A stretch of DNA of 64,000 bases, from positions 120,220 to 184,219 of the IMG/VR virus record IMGVR_UViG_3300037067_011302, one strand, 5' to 3'. This DNA is from a virus (Duplodnaviria > Caudoviricetes). The position numbers were made by a program, and so were the translations under genes. Positions within the stretch are counted from its first letter, which is position 1, and each line of letters opens with the position of its first letter. Positions 58,720 to 64,000 of the stretch are shown piece by piece. Under the pieces are notes generated by a model. The model ran no database searches, had not been told where the DNA came from, and worked only from the letters and a program-made list of their open reading frames with translations.

Positions 58720-58961
58720 ACTCTACGTCCATCACACCAGTGAGATCCACAGGATCCGCAGATCTTGTGGCCTGGTGGTTCAACGTAGAAGGCACGTTCG
58801 ACCAACCACAGCTTCCCACCACAGGTGCACGGACCGTCGTGTTCGATCCTTGCACCGTCATCAACCTGCAGTGCACAACGAAGTCGTAGGACCTCGTAGT
58901 AGCTCGTCGCGGGCTTACCGTCGTGGATGCCGATCCTGACCGTGTTGTTTCCTTTGTCCAT
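58716..58961 (-). CDS. Small zinc-ribbon protein
   Basis: CTCGG..ICGSCG. GTGCAC-N18-TAGGAT-N6-ATG promoter. Confidence 0.6.
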   Translation of the reverse strand: MDKGNNTVRIGIHDGKPATSYYEVLRLRCALQVDDGARIEHDGPCTCGGKLWLVERAFYVEPPGHKICGSCGSHWCDGRRV

Positions 58962-59134
58962 GGTTTGATCCTACCACGGACTGGGCGGCACGTGCACTGT
59001 GAACGCTCAAATGGCGGTGCACGTTCCACACGAAATTTCATCATCGTAGAACGATATTGTAGACACGGCGCCGTCTTCAAACATGATGACGTAGTCGCAC
59101 GTTTGCACTGTGTGCCTTGCCCCCAACATTACTA

Positions 59135-59273
59135 CATTCGTGTCGTACTTCTGACATGTCACTTACGTAACTTCCTGCTTCATCGACAATTGCTCGCGTG
59201 GGTTCTTGCGAACCCTCGCTCGTCTTACACCATCTCCACAGGCGTTTTCGGTCTCCCTGTGCCCCAAGGCGAC
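59135..59273 (-). ncRNA. Orphan omegaRNA of TnpB family 2; guide (G)AAGTACGACACGAATG
   Basis: ~120 nt closely matching 29305-29426 and 34155-34275, diverging right after ...GTGACATGTCA. Confidence 0.75.
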
Positions 59274-59430
59274 ACAAATTTTTTTGTGGCATTTGTTCCT
59301 TGTTGTGAAGGATCGATCCTCAAGATTGCTTGGTTTTCGCACTCTCAGAGATCAATTAATTCACCCAGAACAACGCCGAAAGTTCATATTATTTTTCCTT
59401 TCCTGATTGTTTGATATTACAACACTCTCT
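59274..59430 (-). pseudogene. tnpB: Decayed, internally deleted tnpB fragment
   Basis: Translates to SVVIS.../TFGVVLGELIDL*ECENQAILRIDP, versus SAVIS...SFGIELDESYVYPHKCESQARVGVDL, then jumps to the C-terminal NA motif. Confidence 0.55.
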
Positions 59431-59445
59431 CGCGCTGTTCATCGT

Positions 59446-59508
59446 TGGAGCCGAATGAGGGAATTGAACCCACAACAGCCTGTTTACAGGACAGGTGCTC
59501 TACCGTTG
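59446..59508 (-). tRNA. 5'-truncated tRNA-Thr(UGU) remnant with CCA
   Basis: CAACGGTAGAGC (D arm), CCTGT-CCTGTAA-ACAGG (anticodon arm), GTGGG-TTCAATT-CCCTC (T arm), ATTCGGC-T-CCA. The 5' acceptor strand is absent. Confidence 0.7.
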
Positions 59509-59568
59509 GCCTCCATAGTGACACTCCAGTGAAAAATACTAGGTCACCGACGTTATATTTCGCCATGT

Positions 59569-59823
59569 TCAGTCCGTGCACAGCACCTTGATCGTGCTTC
59601 CGTTCAAAACACAATCACTTTCGTCATCGTAGACAACGTAAGTACTAATGGTGCCATCGTTCCTCAACACTTCATAGATCGCGTATACCGGGCATAGTCG
59701 GCGACGCATCAAGATCATTGCCGTGATAAATCTTTGTTCTGTCCGACACCAGATCGAGTGTTCGATCGATAGCAACGTCCCAGCGGGAAGTTCAAGTCGG
59801 TTCACCGGTGTTCTTTCGACCAC
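59569..59823 (-). CDS. Small SH3/KOW-like paralog
   Basis: LPAGTLLSI...YEVLRNDGTI. Confidence 0.6.
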   Translation of the reverse strand: MVERTPVNRLELPAGTLLSIEHSIWCRTEQRFITAMILMRRRLCPVYAIYEVLRNDGTISTYVVYDDESDCVLNGSTIKVLCTD

Positions 59824-60239
59824 GACTTACGCGGACCGGGAAATCGATCTTTGAAGTCATAGCTGTGAAGCCACTTGTTGAACGACGATCTCATTTTTTT
59901 TGGCGTCACGTCGGTGTCCATCCAATACCCGTTCAATCGATCGTCGTAGATCCTGACGATCTGTCCGTCCGGCATCATGACGTGGAAGTGATCGAGGTTG
60001 CGGACGTCGTGGGGAAATCGAACGATCGCAACGATCGTAACAAGCGTCACGCAATCGTCCTCGACTGCGTTCCAAGAGAACACGCAGTGACTACCGAGGT
60101 GCGCTAAGTGCTTGGTGCTGCAATTGTCTGGCGCGGCGCCCAGCGCCACGAATGAATCATTGACGTTGTATTCGTCGCCGCAAATAAGCGCGCGAGAACG
60201 CACAAGAATTTGGTCACCTACCTTCACCATCAAGTCCAT
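59802..60239 (-). CDS. Paralog family A protein
   Basis: VKVGDQILVRS...IVAIVRFP..NLDHFHVMMPDGQIV..DD..NGYW. Confidence 0.7.
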   Translation of the reverse strand: MDLMVKVGDQILVRSRALICGDEYNVNDSFVALGAAPDNCSTKHLAHLGSHCVFSWNAVEDDCVTLVTIVAIVRFPHDVRNLDHFHVMMPDGQIVRIYDDRLNGYWMDTDVTPKKMRSSFNKWLHSYDFKDRFPGPRKSWSKEHR

Positions 60240-60263
60240 CCTCTCACCGAGTCGGTCGCTCGT

Positions 60264-60695
60264 TCACTCACGTCCATCATAGAACGTCCTTTGACCTGAC
60301 CATCCTTGGACTGTGGCGGCGGCACGTGGGTCACTCGGTGCACTCATCATCGATGTCGCCCTCTCGCTCACCGTGAACGACGTACATACGTACCACAGTT
60401 CGCCGTTCTCCAACAGGACGATCGTCGTGGGAATGGCATCGTGATATTGCTCGAGCTCCTTGTTGAAGTTCACCAGTGCTTTCGACCTCGTCAACAATTT
60501 GCCGACGATCGTCACGAACAATTCACGTGGAATGCCCCTGACACAGTGCGTCGTATTGACGTACTCAACGAGCGCTTCACTTGAGTCGTCGGTGAGGACG
60601 GTCGTCTTTCCGACGGGACGCCAGAGGATTGAGTTCCAAATGATCACGACGCCACCGATCGGCAGCAGATCGTTCAATCGCAGAGCGCTACACAT
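60264..60695 (-). CDS. Paralog family B protein
   Basis: LNDLLPIG..LWRP..VGKLLTR..IPTTIVLLENGELWYV. Likely start MCSALR. Confidence 0.65.
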   Translation of the reverse strand: MCSALRLNDLLPIGGVVIIWNSILWRPVGKTTVLTDDSSEALVEYVNTTHCVRGIPRELFVTIVGKLLTRSKALVNFNKELEQYHDAIPTTIVLLENGELWYVCTSFTVSERATSMMSAPSDPRAAATVQGWSGQRTFYDGRE

Positions 60696-61098
60696 TGATA
60701 ATCTTTCTCGCGTCAAGGCCGTAGTGATACCACTCGAGCAGGGCGTTCGTGTAGTTGGACGTCCTCTTGTCGGATGAACCAACTTCGATCCAAAATCCGT
60801 TCTCGTGATCGTCAAAGACACTGACAATCTGACCGTCTGGCATCATCACGTGGAAATGGTTGAGGTTGTGCGCCTCACTGGGAAACCTGACGATCGCCAT
60901 CACTGTCACTAGTGTAAAGTGATCTTTTGAAGCGTACTTTATGACAGAACGTTCGCCCAACCAATACCAATTGTCGTCTTCGGCGGTGAATTTGAATTTT
61001 TCTGGATCGCGCCACTCGCAGTGACCCCCACAAACCAGTGCTGACGATCGCGCCAAAATTGCGTCACCGACTTTAATTTCCATCACGACCATGCTCAA
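60688..61098 (-). CDS. Paralog family A protein
   Basis: IKVGDAILARS...AIVRFP..NLNHFHVMMPDGQIV..DD..NGFW. Confidence 0.7.
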   Translation of the reverse strand: MSMVVMEIKVGDAILARSSALVCGGHCEWRDPEKFKFTAEDDNWYWLGERSVIKYASKDHFTLVTVMAIVRFPSEAHNLNHFHVMMPDGQIVSVFDDHENGFWIEVGSSDKRTSNYTNALLEWYHYGLDARKIINV

Positions 61099-61101
61099 CG
61101 A

Positions 61102-61377
61102 TCACTCTATAAAAGTGGCATTTAGCACATATGCATCGTAATCGACGTACCACGCAGTGCCGTCTTCAGCAAGCACGATGACTACGTCATGAGTCATCGC
61201 ATGAACAGTCGAATAATGCTCCTCGATGAACACTGAATCATTTCCGATGATGACCACCAATAATTCGTCGTTCATGTCTGACCACGTCTTCTTGAACGAT
61301 CGTACAGTGTTGTTGTTCACTCCGGAACGAGGACGCCACAACAGTCTACAATAAATTTTTGTCAACGAATTCATCAC
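61102..61377 (-). CDS. Paralog family B-like protein
   Basis: LLWRP...IVLAEDGTAWYV. Confidence 0.55.
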   Translation of the reverse strand: MMNSLTKIYCRLLWRPRSGVNNNTVRSFKKTWSDMNDELLVVIIGNDSVFIEEHYSTVHAMTHDVVIVLAEDGTAWYVDYDAYVLNATFIE

Positions 61378-61727
61378 GTGTTCAATGAAGTGTACGTTGA
61401 ATGAACGTACCAAGTCTCGCCGTTGCCCAACAGAACGATCGTCGTCGGGATCACTTGGTGCTTTCTCGCCGCCGCAAAGTTCTCCGGAGTCCACACTCTC
61501 GTCAGCAACTTACCAACGACGACGGCCGGCACGACGTTGATCCGATCATCATCGTCAATTTCCTCTAGGAAGTGCTTCGAAATGTGCTCGAGCAACGTCA
61601 CTCCACCTTCGCCATGCGTCATGACGTAATCGATGGGTCGCCACAAAAACAGTGCATCGATGAACAAGATGGTGCCCAATGGCACCAAGTCATTTAGGTC
61701 ACGTTCACAGTTCATCTTACACATCAT
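61374..61727 (-). CDS. Paralog family B protein
   Basis: ERDLNDLVPLG..LWRP..VGKLLTR..IPTTIVLLGNGETWYV. Confidence 0.7.
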   Translation of the reverse strand: MMCKMNCERDLNDLVPLGTILFIDALFLWRPIDYVMTHGEGGVTLLEHISKHFLEEIDDDDRINVVPAVVVGKLLTRVWTPENFAAARKHQVIPTTIVLLGNGETWYVHSTYTSLNT

Positions 61728-62046
61728 GTACTAAAGTGTGCGTTGTGTGGATCCACCACACTTCACCGTTGCCTAACACGACGACCGTCGTCGGAACGTA
61801 ACTATGTGTGACAACATTTGGGATCGAAATCCGCTTCGTCAGCAGTTTACCGATCACCGTTACACATTGGTCGCCAACAAGGTAGCTCAGGTTGTAATAT
61901 TCCTTGTCGTAATAACTGACGATGATTTCACCTGAGGACTCGCAACGGTTGAACGCCTGCCTTCCGGCACGCCAAAGAGCGTTCGCCCTGATCGATACGA
62001 TGGTACCGATGGGAATCAGGTCGTTCATGTCACGTTCGTGATTCAT
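61717..62046 (-). CDS. Paralog family B protein
   Basis: MNHERDMNDLIPIG..LWRA..IGKLLTK..VPTTVVVLGNGEVWWI. Confidence 0.7.
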   Translation of the reverse strand: MNHERDMNDLIPIGTIVSIRANALWRAGRQAFNRCESSGEIIVSYYDKEYYNLSYLVGDQCVTVIGKLLTKRISIPNVVTHSYVPTTVVVLGNGEVWWIHTTHTLVHDV

Positions 62047-62381
62047 CGCCACACTCGGGCACCCGGCGCGAGCACCTCCGATACACACCACGTCTCTCCG
62101 TCGTCGATCAACAACGACGACGTGGAAATTTCCGCGAATTGTTGTTGATTGAACGGCATCCACATCTTCGTGAAGAACCGACTCATGATTGTTGCGGTGA
62201 CGTCGCCGGTGTACATGTGTCGTTGTAATGATCCATATTCAATTAACAATTTGTTGGGATCGTCCATGAAGCACTTGATTTCATTGGTCACGCCCCACGG
62301 GCGCCACAACGATATTGTGCATACGGTCACCATCGTTCCGACCGGCAATTTCACGATTTCTTCACGTTCCATCGCGACCAT
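62043..62381 (-). CDS. Paralog family B-like protein
   Basis: LPVGTMVTV..LWRP..LLIDDGETWCV. Confidence 0.6.
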   Translation of the reverse strand: MVAMEREEIVKLPVGTMVTVCTISLWRPWGVTNEIKCFMDDPNKLLIEYGSLQRHMYTGDVTATIMSRFFTKMWMPFNQQQFAEISTSSLLIDDGETWCVSEVLAPGARVWR

Positions 62382-62605
62382 CACGACCTCTTCAATGGGT
62401 GCAGCGTCCTCGTCGTGCGCACTTCGCCGCTCTTCGCGCCGCACTGCATGCACTGCGTCGTCCTCATCGCGTGTCCTTTGTCGATCGTGTTCCACCACAC
62501 CTCGAGCGGCACCATCAGCTTCCTGCACGAGCACACGATCGGCGTGTCGTCAACGTCAACGTTCAGATCATCGCACCCGTCACACCACCAACTAGGAACG
62601 TCCAT
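62381..62605 (-). CDS. Small Cys-rich zinc-ribbon protein
   Basis: CDGC..CSC..CMQCG; TGATG coupling to the upstream gene end. Confidence 0.55.
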   Translation of the reverse strand: MDVPSWWCDGCDDLNVDVDDTPIVCSCRKLMVPLEVWWNTIDKGHAMRTTQCMQCGAKSGEVRTTRTLHPLKRS

Positions 62606-62997
62606 CAGAATTCCTCAGCGATTGAATCATTGTGAACATTTCGAAGCCTTCCATCACCGTCGACTTAACCATCACTTGCGTGATGATCTTGGGACTCGGT
62701 GTTCTCACCGTTCCCATGCGGGTGATCGACTACACCCTGCCTGTGGGTTATTAACCCACGGGATGATTTTGAGACCCACCTGTCTCGAATGTTCAATGCC
62801 GCGTTTACGTCGGCAATGTACACCACGACCACGTACGTCGTGCAGTACACGCTGATCCGTGGAACAGACAACACGACGGCTATGCCACGAGCGTGCCATC
62901 GTATGCTGCTTGTTCCAACGATCACGCCGTACGCATCATCGATGAGAATCATGTCACCCGCACGACAATCACCTGTCGACAGGACTTGTTGCCTCAC
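62605..62997 (-). pseudogene. Small SH3-like paralog interrupted by a 150-bp omegaRNA insert
   Basis: ...YVVVVYIAD | insert | (D)GDGRLRNVHNDSIAEEF*. The final TGA overlaps the next ATG. Confidence 0.7.
62640..62814 (-). ncRNA. Orphan omegaRNA of TnpB family 1; guide CGGTGATGGAAGGCTTCG
   Basis: Homologous to 13457-13608 (GTGGGTCTCAAAATCATCC...AGTCCCAAGATCATCAC...ATGGTTAAGTCGA) with covarying hairpins. Confidence 0.75.
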
Positions 62998-63380
62998 GTC
63001 TTGCACCGGCCCTTGCTGCGCCAGTATGTACGTGGCTTCAGCTTCGTTCCCGGCGGCGCGATCGGCACGAACCCAGCGTCTGATGACTCCTCGATCGGAT
63101 CCCATGAGGTCCCCTTGATGCACTGCAACCTCATGAACCTCCCGTCGTTGAGCATGACGACCAACGACAACATCGCCCGACGAGGCCTGGTGCCGTTGAG
63201 CTCCATCATCTCGGACCCGACGATCGTCGCTGGGATCATTCGTGACTCGGGGCGCCAACGCGTCCTCGGGATGGTCGCCAGTTCGATCGGAAATAACCAC
63301 CCCTCGTTCACCATGATCAGTTGGCCATCGTTGAACATTGCCATGATCTCATCATATGGCACGATGAGGCCATGTTTCAC
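62994..63380 (-). CDS. SH3-like paralog-array protein
   Basis: NDGQLIMV...PATIVG...VVMLNDGRF. Confidence 0.6.
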   Translation of the reverse strand: MKHGLIVPYDEIMAMFNDGQLIMVNEGWLFPIELATIPRTRWRPESRMIPATIVGSEMMELNGTRPRRAMLSLVVMLNDGRFMRLQCIKGTSWDPIEESSDAGFVPIAPPGTKLKPRTYWRSKGRCKT

Positions 63381-63404
63381 CGATGTGTCACGACATGAGA
63401 TCTT

Positions 63405-63779
63405 TCACATCGTCAACATTTTCCCGAACTTTTGACGATTGATGAACCCAACCCGCCTTGCGTTCCACCGGTTCAACGATGATGTTTTCTCAACGTCGGA
63501 TGCGTTCGAAGACAGCCAAAATCCGTTGTGCAGATCGTCGTACAACGAAGCGATTCGACCGTCAGGAAGAAGCAAATGGAAGTGATTGAGATTATCATTC
63601 GGCGCATAAAATTGAACGATCGCCACAATGACGCTCGGAACCAGCACGTCATGGTGTACGCGCTCGAACGCATCTTCGTCACCGAGCGCAACGTAATCAA
63701 CGTTGAACAAATTTGAACACAGTTCAACTCCGCGGCGCACTGCGCATGCCCGTGCAAGGATCAGATCGCCAATCGTCAT
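63405..63779 (-). CDS. Paralog family A protein
   Basis: MTIGDLILARA...IVAIVQF..NLNHFHLLLPDGRI..YDDLHNGFW. Confidence 0.7.
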   Translation of the reverse strand: MTIGDLILARACAVRRGVELCSNLFNVDYVALGDEDAFERVHHDVLVPSVIVAIVQFYAPNDNLNHFHLLLPDGRIASLYDDLHNGFWLSSNASDVEKTSSLNRWNARRVGFINRQKFGKMLTM

Positions 63780-64000
63780 TACATAGCCTATACATCGTAT
63801 TGCTTGACAAATTGATCCATTTCTCGAATGAGCGTTTTATGTCACGATCTGTCGCGGTGCCGTGAACCCAATAGCCACACTTGAAATCGTCGTAGATCAG
63901 CGCAACACGACCGTCCGACAATAGCACCGTGAAATACCTGGTATGTGTATCGTTAGGAACGGCTGTACTCGTTGTGATCGCCAACAACGTGACATGTACC
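63724..64000 (-). CDS. Paralog family A protein (partial, runs off the window)
   Basis: FTVLLSDGRVALIYDDFKCGYW. Confidence 0.6.
   Translation of the reverse strand, partial: VHVTLLAITTSTAVPNDTHTRYFTVLLSDGRVALIYDDFKCGYWVHGTATDRDIKRSFEKWINLSSNTMYRLCNDDWRSDPCTGMRSAPRS

Larger units (their letters stand above)
59007..59566 (-). pseudogene. Small SH3-like paralog split by a ~350-bp insert (tRNA fragment, decayed tnpB, omegaRNA)
   Basis: N-half MAKYNVGDLVFFTGVSLWRPT (59566..59504). C-half QKYDTNVVMLGARHTVQTCDYVIMFEDGAVSTISFYDDE... (59153..59007). Together they align with neighbour 59569..59823. Confidence 0.65.

Noticed and set aside
59446-59520. Functional tRNA-Thr gene
   Set aside because: The 5' acceptor strand (expected GCCGAAT) is missing, position 33 is C instead of U, and there is a T-stem mismatch.
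62658-62814. Self-splicing intron (IStron) restoring the interrupted gene
   Set aside because: Only 150 nt, fully accounted for by the tnpB tail/omegaRNA, with no recognisable group I core.
62665-63300. 211-aa ORF as a real TnpB fusion protein
   Set aside because: The 5' part overlaps gene 62994..63380 in another frame. The 3' part is the in-frame omegaRNA insert and lacks RuvC I/II.
59500-64000. Diversity-generating retroelement behind the paralog array
   Set aside because: No reverse transcriptase in the window, and no TR/VR pair differing only at adenines.
1-64000. Stop-codon reassignment
   Set aside because: Long genes are intact in code 11, and TAG, TGA and TAA all end genes at sensible boundaries.

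Overview
This window looks like part of a large (jumbo-type) contractile-tailed phage genome. It uses the standard genetic code, and no housekeeping cellular operons were seen. Left to right it holds: a degenerate GroEL-like gene; an AT-rich palindromic repeat locus (candidate origin, ~1.9-2.25 kb); a ~17 kb glycan-biosynthesis cluster (about 10 glycosyltransferases of GT2/GT4/GT31 type, a SAM methyltransferase, a UDP-sugar dehydrogenase, UDP-galactopyranose mutase, plus a Cas4-like nuclease); a gp55-like late sigma factor; a baseplate/tail/fibre module (20.5-48 kb); an accessory region (NADAR, vWA-metallopeptidase plus MoxR AAA+, HExxH peptidase, GNAT-like protein, sigma-70); and a tandem array of small SH3-like paralogs (59-64 kb). 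Three full-length tnpB genes of two families retain their RuvC catalytic residues, and no TnpA is present in the window. The most striking observation is two orphan omegaRNA (reRNA) modules, one per TnpB family. Each has preserved or covarying RNA hairpins but no intact protein. Each sits inside a small paralog gene, so its guide is the 3' half of the gene it interrupts, and one lies behind a tRNA-Thr fragment. This suggests a trans-acting, multi-guide TnpB homing or inter-phage competition system. Other notable signals: a [ST]-[GAS]-S motif that saturates the virion proteins next to the glycosylation cluster (possible virion glycosylation), two classes of leaderless promoters, and a dispersed family of proteins sharing an N-terminal capsid-targeting-like helix. 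All functional calls come from motif recognition by eye; no database searches were run.
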